The notes: generated from the sequence alone by a model not told the origin. 64,000 nt of DNA from Acidobacteriota bacterium (GCA_040768985.1 JAXGLX010000002.1:4160637-4224636); one strand, 5' to 3'. Positions 27,101 to 35,942 are shown, counted from the stretch's first letter. Numbers and translations: made by a program.

Positions 27101-27876
27101 ACATCCAGCAGTGGGAGCAGCCGATCGCCTTGAACGCCGGCGAGGCGGTGGAACGGATCACGTTCGCCGACGACGTGGAAGCGGGCGAAGGCGGGTGGAG
27201 CCATGTGCTCGACCAGGGCGCAACCGATTGGGCTCCGGTCGCCGGGTGGGGCCATTCCCCGGTGTCCAGTTGGTTCACCCCCGGCGAGGGAAGCGTCAAG
27301 GACAACTCGCTGCTGAGCCCCTGGTTCGAGGTGCCGGACGGCGGGCAACTGAGCTTCTGGCACGACTACGACCTGGAGCCGGAGGCCGACGGCGGCGTGC
27401 TGGAGATCCGGACCGCCGCGGAGCCGTGGACCGATCTCGGTCCGGCGATGGTTGCCGGCGGCTATACGCACGAGTTGGACTTTTTCCTGCTCAACCCGCT
27501 GGGCCGGCGAGCGGCCTGGTCCGGCGACAGCCAGGGATTCATCCAGACCCGGGTGGATCTTGCCGCCTACAGCGGCCGGCGGGTCCAGATCCGCTTCCGC
27601 CTGGGCTGCGATCTGCTGGTGGGCACCGGCGGCTGGTACGTGGACGACGTCCGGATCAGCGGCAACGAATACCGCTGCATCCTGGAACCCGACGGTGACC
27701 TGGACGGCGACGGCCGGTCCGATGCCCGGGATCTGGCCCTTTTGTTGCACCTGATCGTGGGCAACCTCGCGCCCGGTGTGCCGCCCTGCCTCCGGCCGGA
27801 CATGGGCGATCTCAATCGTTCCGGAACGCTTGATGCGCTGGATTGCCGTTTGTTGGCCGGCCGGTTGGCGGAGTAA
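24154..27876 (+). CDS. Secreted gingipain-like cysteine peptidase (C25 family) with propeptide, catalytic domain, C-terminal beta-sandwich/MAM-like domains and a terminal dockerin-type repeat pair
   Basis: Signal peptide. C25 catalytic-domain signatures (YLIVTNAALEASFQTLATHKAARG, WVMLGGDSEIIPWRG, His in NHLGHANSTYC, Cys in VYSQGCYPGNF). Last 60 aa DGDLDGDGRSDARDLALLLHLIVGN...DMGDLNRSGTLDALDCRLLAGRL are two Ca-binding dockerin-like segments. Confidence 0.75.
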   Translation: MVLMRWTLGALIILFLVPAWTAAEELVLEYRFERPRLERHPDGQVDVRVDGCPVSLEPGQPMLPVFSGRVLLPAGRRLAGFECKTAPPELLGRPVRVSHCPGLFPTAVAGREPVAPDPRIYTAPGPFPEVRAAAAGVQWLKGYPVALFTLHPVVYHPAAGELRFIPRMRLVLQLAPESPAKAAPMRRPLADDRAEVAALVDNPATLDGYAVPSAKTLDTAWEYLIVTNAALEASFQTLATHKAARGLNVHLARIEDVLAATPGTDNAHKLRTFIAAGYQDHGTRWVMLGGDSEIIPWRGAYGKVGDTVDAAIPTDLYFAALDGDWNANGNGLFGEPADETDLFAEVAVGRIAASTPAEATNQIQKIIDYENSAPPFRALLLGEKLDDQTWGGDSKDVVYAEMAGVPAERLYDAPDSSWTADTLIDSYFNADDTHIVNHLGHANSTYCLKMYNADVSRLTNTNPFFVYSQGCYPGNFIYDMCFAERMTVGTAAAAFAVIMNTRYGWYAANGTNGTSNVFDWEFMRSVFEQFRRQLGLALNESRQRLAGLAGDGSYRWVYFETTLFGCPETDLRWTCTPAAVRLVPDQPAGGFIVMDGDDVALRATVGTDCAGPVNQPQVTARVVDAAGTRNFALRDDGSGADAVAGDGLFSGQWVPAGPDNAQITYSASAPGLAADQDVVQGEVVERMDYLLQSRAPDWIDPAGGTAILAGQDDAGMVAAIGFPFKFYGKTYEQVLISTNGLLRFADAYDWDAGNTAMPRPESPNAVIAALWTDLDLTGVGAVIRYRITGQAPERLFVVSWLNVAHYNRVGAVTFQIALEESTHRIYFNYRDTEFDNPAYDFGADATVGIEDYNGTKGIQYAFREPVVESGLSLCFMPVIGPMVVQAGWQFSGGDGDGIPEPGETVSWQLTLQNIGTEPAADVTAGLATDMPEILIDPPVQPYGSLAVGAVATREFSVTVDDALACGTPLDWLLTIGCRNAADDIQQWEQPIALNAGEAVERITFADDVEAGEGGWSHVLDQGATDWAPVAGWGHSPVSSWFTPGEGSVKDNSLLSPWFEVPDGGQLSFWHDYDLEPEADGGVLEIRTAAEPWTDLGPAMVAGGYTHELDFFLLNPLGRRAAWSGDSQGFIQTRVDLAAYSGRRVQIRFRLGCDLLVGTGGWYVDDVRISGNEYRCILEPDGDLDGDGRSDARDLALLLHLIVGNLAPGVPPCLRPDMGDLNRSGTLDALDCRLLAGRLAE

Positions 27877-27915
27877 ATCCGATGCCGGACGCGATGGCGA
27901 GCCGGCGCCCGCGGC

Positions 27916-28335
27916 TCATTCTCCGATGATTTTGATCAGGACCCGCTTGCGGCGGCGCCCGTCGAACTCGCCGTAGAAAATCTGCTCCCAGGGGCCGAAA
28001 TCCAGCCTCCCCCCGCTGATGGCCACGACCACTTCCCGCCCCATGATCTGGCGCTTGAGATGCGCGTCGCCGTTGTCCTCGCCCGTCCGGTTGTGGCGGT
28101 AGCGCGCGACGGGGGCGTGGGGGGCGAGCTGTTCCAGCCAGTCCTGGTAATCCTGGTGCAGGCCCGGCTCGTCGTCGTTGATGAAGACGGAGGCGGTGAT
28201 GTGCATCGCGTTGATCAGGCAGAGGCCCTCCTGAACGCCGCTGGCGCGGACGGCCTCCTCCACCTGCGGGGTGATGTTCAGGAGGGCGACGCGGGCCGGG
28301 GTCTGAAAGGTCAGTTCCTGTCGATGGTGGCGCAT
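27916..28335 (-). CDS. YjbQ/UPF0047 family protein (secondary thiamine-phosphate synthase-like)
   Basis: Full-length match to the family pattern ([12 protein letters not shown]...[21 protein letters not shown]...[36 protein letters not shown]). Confidence 0.75.
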   Translation of the reverse strand: MRHHRQELTFQTPARVALLNITPQVEEAVRASGVQEGLCLINAMHITASVFINDDEPGLHQDYQDWLEQLAPHAPVARYRHNRTGEDNGDAHLKRQIMGREVVVAISGGRLDFGPWEQIFYGEFDGRRRKRVLIKIIGE

Positions 28336-28351
28336 GGCGGTCTCCGGGAGG

Positions 28352-30385
28352 TCAGTTCTGCGGACGGGCGGCGGCCTTCAGCTCCTCGAACAGGGCGGCG
28401 GCGGAGGGATAGCGGAGCTGGCGGTCTTTCTCGAGGCATTTCAGGACGATTCGCTCCAGTTCGACGGGGAGCGACGGGTTGTAGGACCGGATCGGCACGG
28501 GCGGGGTGACCAGATGGTGGTGCAGGATGCCGTCCACGGGGTAGGGCAGCATGCCGGTGAGCATCTCGTGAAAGGTGATCCCGAACGAATAGATGTCGCA
28601 GCGCTCGTCTACGGGTGAGCCCTGCAACTGCTCCGGCGAGATGTACTTGGGGGTGCCCATGACCACGTCGGACGATTGGCCGGGCAGTTCGTGGAAGAGG
28701 CGGGCGATGCCGAAATCGGTGAGCTTGACGATCTTGTCGTCGCTGAGCATGATGTTGGCCGGCTTGATGTCCTGGTGGATGACGCCGTTGCGGTGAGCAT
28801 AGGACAAGGCCTGCAGCATGTGCCGGGCGACGTATAGGGACAGCTTCAGCGACAGGGCGCCTTTGACCTCGAGCAGCCGCTCGACGGTGGTGCCGCGGAT
28901 GAACTCCATCACGATGAAGTAGGCGTTATCGGCCTTGATGATGTCGTGGATGGCCACGATGTTGGGATGGTTAAGCTTGGCGATGGCCTTGGCCTCCGAA
29001 AAGAAGGCCTGCAGGCGGGCCGGATCCCGGGAGACCGTCACGGGCAGCTTTTTCAGGGCGACGGTGCGGTCGAGGATCTTGTCGCGCGCGCTGTAGACGA
29101 TGCCGGCGCCGCCGCGGCCGATTTCCTCCAGCTCGGTGTAGCGCTCCCCCAGCCGGATCAGAAAATCGTCCGACAGCCCGGCGTCCTTGGCGGCGGCATC
29201 CTGGTCCAGCATCGCTTTCATCGAATCGGGCTCGCTGGTCTTGTGGTCGATCGCGTCGATACGCTCGTCGACGTTCATGAAAAACGGCCGGAGACTCTGC
29301 ACCCGCGCGAACACGTCGCGGGCATGCTTGAGCCGGCCGAGTTTCTCGAGACAGAGGCCCATCTGAAAAAATTCTTCCAGGTTGGCGTCGGCGGGTTTCA
29401 CCCGCTTGAAGTACTCGACGTAGTGTTTCAGCGATTCCTGGTAGCGCTCGCTGTGGAAGTGAAGCCGGGCCATGATCACCAGGCTGTCGGTGTACTGCTT
29501 GTGATCGGCGGTGATCCTGGACAGGATTTTCAGCGCCGCCTCGGTCTCCCCCGCGGCCAGCAGCAATTCCGCCGCCCGGATGAAGTTGCCCCCCTGCGTG
29601 TAGTGCTGCACCGCTCCGGGAATGTCCCGGGCGGTTTCGCAGAAGGCGGCCGCCTTCAGCGGCAGACCCAACTGGTCGGCCAGCTGGACGATCTTCTGGC
29701 AGCGCTCCCGGAGCTGCTCCGGCGGATAGAGACTCTGGAGGTCGCGCAGGTGCGTTTCGTGGCACGCCAGCGCGCTCGCCTTGTCGTCGGCCTTCTGATA
29801 GTACTTGGCGGCCTTTTCCCATTCCTGCCGCTGGTAGAAGTACTGGCCCGCCGCGGCGTACGCCCGGCGCGCCTGTTCCGGCTGGCCCATCTCCTCGTAC
29901 AGCTCGCCGGCGCGGGCGAGGCTTTCGTCGCCCAGGCGCTCCAGCATGCGCGCCGCCATGTGGTACTGGCGGCGCTGGCGGTAGATTTCCGCCGCCCGGT
30001 CCCACCGGCCGATCTGCTTGTACACGCGCAGGGCCTGACGAAGTCTGCCTTCCCGCATCAGCGTGTCCGCTTGCAGCTCGAGCGGCAGGTGACGGAGGTG
30101 CTCGTCCCGACCCGACAGGAGGACGTATTCCAGATAGAAACAGATGGCGGTCAACACCAGCGATCCGATGAACAGCAGGCTCGGGTGAACCGATTCGCGC
30201 AATTGGATGAGCCAGAGGGCGGCCCCGGCCAGGGTCGACCGGCTGAGCACTCCGAGAAAGGAATCGAAAATGTCCCTTAACAGCGCGACGGAGAATGCCA
30301 GCGTGATGCTGTACAGCAACAGGAAGATCGACACCATGAACAGGATGGTGACGACGACTACCAATAGGTGATGCTTGAATCTCAT
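28352..30385 (-). CDS. Ser/Thr protein kinase with N-terminal membrane anchor (2 TM helices), central TPR repeats and a C-terminal Hanks kinase domain
   Basis: TM segments ([19 protein letters not shown]; [19 protein letters not shown]). TPR-like helical repeats. Kinase motifs [45 protein letters not shown]. Confidence 0.85.
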   Translation of the reverse strand: MRFKHHLLVVVVTILFMVSIFLLLYSITLAFSVALLRDIFDSFLGVLSRSTLAGAALWLIQLRESVHPSLLFIGSLVLTAICFYLEYVLLSGRDEHLRHLPLELQADTLMREGRLRQALRVYKQIGRWDRAAEIYRQRRQYHMAARMLERLGDESLARAGELYEEMGQPEQARRAYAAAGQYFYQRQEWEKAAKYYQKADDKASALACHETHLRDLQSLYPPEQLRERCQKIVQLADQLGLPLKAAAFCETARDIPGAVQHYTQGGNFIRAAELLLAAGETEAALKILSRITADHKQYTDSLVIMARLHFHSERYQESLKHYVEYFKRVKPADANLEEFFQMGLCLEKLGRLKHARDVFARVQSLRPFFMNVDERIDAIDHKTSEPDSMKAMLDQDAAAKDAGLSDDFLIRLGERYTELEEIGRGGAGIVYSARDKILDRTVALKKLPVTVSRDPARLQAFFSEAKAIAKLNHPNIVAIHDIIKADNAYFIVMEFIRGTTVERLLEVKGALSLKLSLYVARHMLQALSYAHRNGVIHQDIKPANIMLSDDKIVKLTDFGIARLFHELPGQSSDVVMGTPKYISPEQLQGSPVDERCDIYSFGITFHEMLTGMLPYPVDGILHHHLVTPPVPIRSYNPSLPVELERIVLKCLEKDRQLRYPSAAALFEELKAAARPQN

Positions 30386-30413
30386 CGGTTCATCACGCCG
30401 GACTGTGCGGCGG

Positions 30414-31058
30414 TCAGTATTTCAGCCCGGTCAGCAGTCGGATGTAGCCGCGCATATAATACCATGCCCGAAAATCGGCGAACCGGTAATCGGCGAGAAT
30501 GGTGCGCCAGTCGCGGGCGATGAAATCCCGGGCCGGCTCGCATTCGAACCGTTGGAACAGCTGCCGCGCCAGGGGATTGAAGGTGGCCAGGTCGCGTTCG
30601 TTCCAGTCGAGGATGCACAGGCAGCTGTCCTCGGCCAAAAACTCGCCGGCGTTCTGGATGACCAGAATGCGCTGGTATTGTTCGAGTCCGTGCAGGACAA
30701 AGGAAATCAGGACCCGGTCGAAACGCCCGGCGAGGTCAAGCGGACCCTCGATGCGCCGGTCCAGCAGTTCCAGGTTGGGAAATTTCGCGGCCCGTCGCCG
30801 GAAACGGTCCTGCATCTCCGGGCCGATCTCGACGCCGACGATCCGGCCCGCGGGTCCGGTCCGCCGGGCCATCAGGGCGGCCAACCGGCCGGTTCCCGCG
30901 CCCAGGTCGAGGATCCGCTCGCCGGGCCGGATGGCCAGGTCGTCCATCACCCGCTGCAGGAAACGACGGTAGTAGCCGGCGCAGGCCAGGTCCAGCAACC
31001 GGTCGTAATGGCGGGCCGCGAAGCCGGTGAGTTCAATTTTGGGTTTTCGCGTCACCAT
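30414..31058 (-). CDS. Class I SAM-dependent methyltransferase
   Basis: Motif I ILDLGAGTGRLAALMA. The internal ATG at 31058 is used because the track start (TTG at 31112) overlaps tRNA-Ala. Confidence 0.65.
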   Translation of the reverse strand: MVTRKPKIELTGFAARHYDRLLDLACAGYYRRFLQRVMDDLAIRPGERILDLGAGTGRLAALMARRTGPAGRIVGVEIGPEMQDRFRRRAAKFPNLELLDRRIEGPLDLAGRFDRVLISFVLHGLEQYQRILVIQNAGEFLAEDSCLCILDWNERDLATFNPLARQLFQRFECEPARDFIARDWRTILADYRFADFRAWYYMRGYIRLLTGLKY

Positions 31059-31101
31059 GTCGGTCCAAATGAGAAACGACCCTTGCGGGCCGTTCGAAAA
31101 A

Positions 31102-31177
31102 TGGTGGAGCAAGGGGGTCTCGAACCCCCGACCTCGGCATTGCGAACGCCGCGCTCTTCCAACTGAGCTATTGCCCC
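31102..31177 (-). tRNA. tRNA-Ala (anticodon CGC)
   Basis: Reverse complement GGGGCAAUAGCUCAGUUGGAAGAGCGCGGCGUUCGCAAUGCCGAGGUCGGGGGUUCGAGACCCCCUUGCUCCACCA. Clover-leaf with the G3:U70 Ala identity pair, anticodon loop UUCGCAA, T-loop GGUUCGAGACC, CCA encoded. Confidence 0.85.
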
Positions 31178-31252
31178 ATAATTTAAGGCGGAATCATAGC
31201 CAAGAAACATGGCGAAAGCAAGTGTTTTGTCGATGACGGTTTGCCGCCGGAT

Positions 31253-31702
31253 TCAAGGGGCTGCGGGCGGCGCGCCGGCCGGGCCGGACGTTGAATCCCC
31301 GGCGCCGCCGGCCACGGCCAGGAACAGGCCGGAGGCCTCAGCCAGCCGCTCCCCCCGGCTGTTCACGATCCAGCCCCGCGTCAGGATCCGGCGGCCGGAG
31401 ACCTTGTCCACCTCGGCTTCCACCCGGAGGCGTTCGCCGACCGGCGCCGGCCGGCGGAAGGCCACCTCCATCCGGGCGGTGGCCGCGCGGCCGCCGCCGG
31501 CCCGCTGCGCGGCATGAGCCATCAACTCGTCGAGCAGGGTGGCCAGCAAGCCCCCGTGCACGGTGTGCCGGTAGCCCTGGTAATGTTCGGGCATCGCGCA
31601 CTCGGCGAACACCCGGCCGGTGGCCGTGTCGCGCTCGATCCGCAGGCGCAGGCCGTGCGGATTGTCCGTCCCGCAACAAAAACAGAAATTGTCCCGTTCC
31701 AT
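31253..31702 (-). CDS. PaaI/hotdog-fold acyl-CoA thioesterase
   Basis: CGTDNPHGL...HGGLLATLLDE...RILTRGWIVNSRGERLAEASGLF pattern. Start at the internal ATG (MERDNF). Confidence 0.6.
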   Translation of the reverse strand: MERDNFCFCCGTDNPHGLRLRIERDTATGRVFAECAMPEHYQGYRHTVHGGLLATLLDELMAHAAQRAGGGRAATARMEVAFRRPAPVGERLRVEAEVDKVSGRRILTRGWIVNSRGERLAEASGLFLAVAGGAGDSTSGPAGAPPAAP

Positions 31703-31868
31703 CGCGGACTCCTGAACCAAGAACATTAAATTATACACGCTCCGGCGCTCAATTGCTGGAAATCCTGCCTGTTCCGAAACCGGCGGTGAGATATGCTATC
31801 ATTTCATTATTATCAGGCGGCCGTGCGTCCGCGGACGTCATCACCGCCGTACTTTTAAGGAGGATGCT

Positions 31869-33272
31869 ATGCGCAAGGCAATGCTGAGCCTGTGGGTGCT
31901 GGCGGCTCTGACCGCCGCCGTCCCTGTCCAGGCGGGGGTTGCGGTGATCGAGGTAAGTGTCGACGGCTCGGATTACCTGCTGATCCGCGGCACCGAGATC
32001 CGCGTGGAGCACCGCAATTTCGAACCACTGGCCAATCTGAAGGTGCGTTTCGATCCGCCGACCGGTATGCCGGTGGCGGCGGTGGCCGTCACGTTGACCC
32101 GGCTGGAGGGGACGGGACCGGTGACCGTTGTGGAACAGCCGGCCGCGGGCAACGATTACACGCTGAAAATTCTCATCGACAACGACAACGAATCACTCTA
32201 CCCCCAGAAATACCGGGTCCGCCTCGAGTGGGAGGAGCCGACGGCCGGACTGTTCCCCACCATGGACCGGAGCGTCCACGACTACTTCCACTGGCGCGGC
32301 GAAGTGGATGGCACGGACCTGATCCGCATCCAGGGGTCCGGCGTGACCATCGACCACGTGCGCGCCCAGCCCATCAGGAACCAGCGCGTGGACTACACCG
32401 CCCCCCTGCCGGCGGCCAAGGTCGAAGTGGCGCTGTACACGGAGCGGGCGCGGGGGACCGTCGAGGTCATCCAGCAGCCCAGCTACGCCAACAACTACAC
32501 GGCCATCGTCCGGGTCGACGACGGGAAGTTCTCCGGATCGGATGTCTACGATGTGTACCTCTACTGGCCGAAAACAATCCCCGCCGAGGCGATCACGCCC
32601 GACGAGATGGATTTCTACTGGGAAGGCCGCGTGGACGGGGTCGACCGCGTGGTCATCCGCGGCAACAGCGCCACCCTGGAGCACCTGCAGTCCAGACCCG
32701 CCGAAGGTGTCCGGGGGCAGTTCCGCCGGGCGCTGCCCCGGCAGGAGCAGACGGTCGACCTGCATGTATTCGCGGGGCGCGGCTCGGTGAAAATCATGGA
32801 ACAGCCCGGCTGGGCCAATAATTACGCGGTGATCGTTCTGGTGGACGATTCAAACCGGGGCGGCGCCGCCGACTACCGTTTCGGCCTGCGCTGGGGGCAG
32901 GGCGGATCCGCCGGCAACGTCCCCATGACCGGCACCGCTCACGTCGGCACTCCCCCGGCCGGCACAGCCGCGGCCGGCAGCGGCGGGGTGATCCGATGGC
33001 GCGGCCGCGTCGACGGCAAGGACCGGCTGCTGTTCAAAGGCAACACCGTGAACGTGCAACACCTTGCGGCCCAGCCGATCCGCGACGCCAGCCACATGTT
33101 TTCCGATCCGCTGCCCGTCAAGGACGTGACGGTGACCCTGAACCTGATCGCCGGCCGGGGTTCGGTCCGGATCTTGGAGCAGCCGGGCCGCGGCAATAAC
33201 TACACGCTGATCGTCGAGATCGAGGACGCCGCCAACGGTGACGGCATCTACGAATTCGAACTGTTCTGGTGA
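31869..33272 (+). CDS. Secreted protein composed of four tandem approximately 110-aa repeats of an uncharacterised domain
   Basis: AAGGAGG RBS. Signal peptide MRKAMLSLWVLAALTAAVPVQA. Repeats begin near aa 29, 141, 250 and 376 with consensus W.G.VDG.D...I.G..V...H....P.........LP.....V.L....RGSV.I.EQP...NNYT.IV.VDD.......Y.F.L.W. Confidence 0.6.
   Translation: MRKAMLSLWVLAALTAAVPVQAGVAVIEVSVDGSDYLLIRGTEIRVEHRNFEPLANLKVRFDPPTGMPVAAVAVTLTRLEGTGPVTVVEQPAAGNDYTLKILIDNDNESLYPQKYRVRLEWEEPTAGLFPTMDRSVHDYFHWRGEVDGTDLIRIQGSGVTIDHVRAQPIRNQRVDYTAPLPAAKVEVALYTERARGTVEVIQQPSYANNYTAIVRVDDGKFSGSDVYDVYLYWPKTIPAEAITPDEMDFYWEGRVDGVDRVVIRGNSATLEHLQSRPAEGVRGQFRRALPRQEQTVDLHVFAGRGSVKIMEQPGWANNYAVIVLVDDSNRGGAADYRFGLRWGQGGSAGNVPMTGTAHVGTPPAGTAAAGSGGVIRWRGRVDGKDRLLFKGNTVNVQHLAAQPIRDASHMFSDPLPVKDVTVTLNLIAGRGSVRILEQPGRGNNYTLIVEIEDAANGDGIYEFELFW
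31953..33269 (+). repeat. Four in-frame tandem protein-domain repeats (about 330 nt each) within the CDS
   Basis: Repeat starts at about nt 31953, 32289, 32616 and 32994. Conserved blocks LIRIQG/VVIRGN/LLFKGN, RGSV(K/R)I(M/L)EQPG, NNY(T/A)(L/A)IV. Confidence 0.6.
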
Positions 33273-33279
33273 GCGGGCG

Positions 33280-34179
33280 ATGACGGTGCGCGTACCCGCC
33301 CGGGCGAAAGTCAATCTCCATCTGCAGGTGATGTTCCCCCGCCCGGACGGGTACCATGAACTCCGGACCATCTTCCAGACGGTGGACCTGGCCGACGAGA
33401 TTATCTTGGAGCCCGCCGCCGACGGGGAGCTGGCGCTCCGCTGCGACCAGCCGGATGTGCCCACAGGCGAAGAGAACCTGTGCCTGCGGGCCGCCCGGCT
33501 GCTCCAGACGGAAACCGGCACCCGCCGCGGCGCCCGGATCGACCTGCGCAAGCGGATCCCGATGCAGGCCGGGCTGGGCGGCGGGAGCGCCGATGCCGCG
33601 GCGACGCTGGTCGGATTGAACCGGCTGTGGGAACTCGGGTGCGCCCCGGAAGAGCTGCTGCTGTGGGGTGGGCGGCTGGGCTCGGACGTCCCGTTCTTTC
33701 TGGTGGGGGGCACCGCGCTCGGGCTGGGACGCGGCGAAGAACTGGTGCCCCTGTCGGACGCGCCGGCCCGCCACGTCCTGCTGGTGTGCCCGCCGCTGGC
33801 GGTCAGCACGGCGTGGGCCTACGAACGCCTGAATTTTCTATTGACAACAAAGGGTTTCGTGAATAAAATCCCCTCCCTGCACCGGGTGCTCGCGGACGGT
33901 CGAATGGAAGCATTCCGGGGCGTGAACGATTTTGAAGCGGCGGTTTTTCCAGAATATCCCCTGTTGCCACACATCAAATCACAAATCGCGGATTGCGGCG
34001 CCGACGGGACGATGATGAGTGGGAGCGGATCCTCGGTTTACGGGCTCTTTGACACTGCGGCTGCGTGCATGGAAGCAGAGCGTAACCTGTGCCGCCAGTC
34101 TGTGCCGGGCCGGATCATCCGCACCCGGTTCATCGGCCGAGACGAGTACCGTCGCCACCTGTTCTCCAACTGGGATTGA
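33280..34179 (+). CDS. ispE: 4-diphosphocytidyl-2-C-methyl-D-erythritol kinase
   Basis: KVNLHLQV, GYHELRTIF, PMQAGLGGGSADAAA (GHMP kinase motif). Start at the internal ATG 33280. Confidence 0.85.
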   Translation: MTVRVPARAKVNLHLQVMFPRPDGYHELRTIFQTVDLADEIILEPAADGELALRCDQPDVPTGEENLCLRAARLLQTETGTRRGARIDLRKRIPMQAGLGGGSADAAATLVGLNRLWELGCAPEELLLWGGRLGSDVPFFLVGGTALGLGRGEELVPLSDAPARHVLLVCPPLAVSTAWAYERLNFLLTTKGFVNKIPSLHRVLADGRMEAFRGVNDFEAAVFPEYPLLPHIKSQIADCGADGTMMSGSGSSVYGLFDTAAACMEAERNLCRQSVPGRIIRTRFIGRDEYRRHLFSNWD

Positions 34180-34184
34180 TCTGC

Positions 34185-34259
34185 TGGGGAGTCGTCAAGC
34201 GGTAAGACACAGGTCTTTGGAACCTGCATTCGGAGGTTCGAATCCTCCCTCCCCAGCCA
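34185..34259 (+). tRNA. tRNA-Gln (anticodon UUG)
   Basis: UGGGGAGUCGUCAAGCGGUAAGACACAGGUCUUUGGAACCUGCAUUCGGAGGUUCGAAUCCUCCCUCCCCAGCCA. Near-identical architecture to E. coli tRNA-Gln (U1-A72, 3-bp D-stem, G73). Anticodon loop CUUUGGA. Confidence 0.9.
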
Positions 34260-34320
34260 TATTTTTCCGGCGGATTCCGGCGCGCCCGCGGGCGCCGTCC
34301 GGTCGGTGAGGAGGCTTTCC

Positions 34321-35262
34321 TTGGTCAAGGGCGATCTGATCATCTTTTCCGGTTCTGCCAACGTGCCGTTGGCGGAGGAGATCTGTCGCTATCTGAAAGT
34401 CCCGAAGGGCGAGTGCCGGCTCAACCGGTTCGCCGATGGCGAACTCTATTTCCAGAGCCATGAAAACGTCCGCGGGCGCGACGTGTTCATCATCCAGCCC
34501 ACGTCGAATCCGGTCAACGACCATCTGATGGAACTCCTGATCATGATCGACGCCTGCAAGCGGGCGTCGGCCTCCCGGATCACGGCGGTCATGCCCTATT
34601 TCGGTTACGCCCGCCAGGACCGCAAGGACAAGCCGCGCGTGCCGATCTCGTCGAAGCTGGTGGCTGACCTGCTGACCGCCGCCGGCGCGAACCGGATCCT
34701 GACCATGGACTTGCACGCGTCCCAGATCCAGGGGTTCTTCAACATCCCGGTGGACCACCTGTTTGCGGCCCCGGTGATCCTGGACTACATCTCCTCGTGC
34801 AATTTCGAGGACCTGACCATCCTGTCGCCGGACACGGGCGGCGCCGAACGGGCCCGGGCCTACGCCAAACGGCTCAACGCCGGGCTGGCCATCGGCGACA
34901 AGCGACGGGTTGCGGACAACGTGGCCGAAGTCATGCACATCATCGGCGACGTCGAGGCGAAGACCGTGGTCATCTGCGACGACATGATCGACACGGCCGG
35001 CACGGTGGTGGAAATCGTGCACGCGCTGGGTCTGCTCGGGGTCAAGCGGATCGTGGTGGCGGCCACCCACCCGGTGTTCAGCGGTCCCGCCTTCGAGCGG
35101 CTGGGCCAGCTGGCGCTGGAGGAGATCGTAGTGACGAACTCCATTCTGATACCCGAGGGACGGCGGCTGCAGAACCTCCGGATCCTGTCGGTGGCCGCCC
35201 TGTTCGGCGAGGCCATCCGCTCGATCCACTACGAGACGTCGATCAGCACGCTCTTTGTCTGA
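34321..35262 (+). CDS. prs: Ribose-phosphate pyrophosphokinase (PRPP synthetase)
   Basis: IIFSGSANVPLAEEI..., DVFIIQPTSNPVNDHLMELLIMIDA, and the PRPP-binding loop. A TTG start at 34321 preceded by GAGGAGG (6-nt spacing) is preferred over the GTG at 34306. Confidence 0.85.
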   Translation: MVKGDLIIFSGSANVPLAEEICRYLKVPKGECRLNRFADGELYFQSHENVRGRDVFIIQPTSNPVNDHLMELLIMIDACKRASASRITAVMPYFGYARQDRKDKPRVPISSKLVADLLTAAGANRILTMDLHASQIQGFFNIPVDHLFAAPVILDYISSCNFEDLTILSPDTGGAERARAYAKRLNAGLAIGDKRRVADNVAEVMHIIGDVEAKTVVICDDMIDTAGTVVEIVHALGLLGVKRIVVAATHPVFSGPAFERLGQLALEEIVVTNSILIPEGRRLQNLRILSVAALFGEAIRSIHYETSISTLFV

Positions 35263-35303
35263 TGCGTTGACTGGCATATTTAACGTTAGCAGGAGATATT
35301 CCG

Positions 35304-35942
35304 ATGGAAAGAATGACAATCGAAGCGCGGCGGCGTTGGGATTTGGGCAAAAACGGCTCGCACCGCCTCCGCGAGACGGGCTGGGTCCCGGCCGTCGTCT
35401 ACGGCAAGGATACGGACCCCCTGCCGCTGGCCGTGGACCTGGCGCTCATGGACCGGCTGATGCACAATCCCGAAGCCCGCAACCAGATCTGCAACCTCAA
35501 GGTGGACGACATGAAGCAGCTGGCGGTGCTCGTCCGCGACTACCAGCTGGACCCGATCCGGGGCGAACTGATTCACGTGGACCTGATGGTCGTGAATGAA
35601 CAGCGCGCCATCAAGGTCAAGGTGCCCATCGAGACAGTCGGCGTGCCGGTCGGCGTCAAGACCGCCGGCGGCATGCTGGTGGTCCTGGTCCGCGAGGTGC
35701 CCGTCGAGTGCCTGCCGCAGCACATCCCGGCGGTGATCCGCCTGGATGTCAGCGGCCTGGAGCTCGACCAGAGCCTGCGGATCCGCGACCTCCAACTCGG
35801 CGACAAGGTCACGATTCTGATGGATCCGGAAGTCAACATCGCCCACGTGGAAGAGACGCGGGCCGCGGTGGCCGAGGAAGCCCCCGCCGCCGGAGCGGCT
35901 GAAGCCGCGGCCGAGTCCGGAGAGCAGGGAGAAGAATCCTGA
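35304..35942 (+). CDS. rplY: 50S ribosomal protein L25 / general stress protein Ctc (long form)
   Basis: AGGAG RBS. L25/Ctc N-terminal beta-barrel (LRETGWVPAVVYGK) plus a C-terminal extension with an acidic tail. Confidence 0.8.
   Translation: MERMTIEARRRWDLGKNGSHRLRETGWVPAVVYGKDTDPLPLAVDLALMDRLMHNPEARNQICNLKVDDMKQLAVLVRDYQLDPIRGELIHVDLMVVNEQRAIKVKVPIETVGVPVGVKTAGGMLVVLVREVPVECLPQHIPAVIRLDVSGLELDQSLRIRDLQLGDKVTILMDPEVNIAHVEETRAAVAEEAPAAGAAEAAAESGEQGEES

Noticed and set aside
31102-34259. tRNA-Ala and tRNA-Gln as integration sites of a genomic island
   Set aside because: No integrase, transposase, direct repeat of the tRNA 3' end or compositional shift flanks either tRNA. The neighbours are conserved housekeeping genes (ispE, prs, pth).
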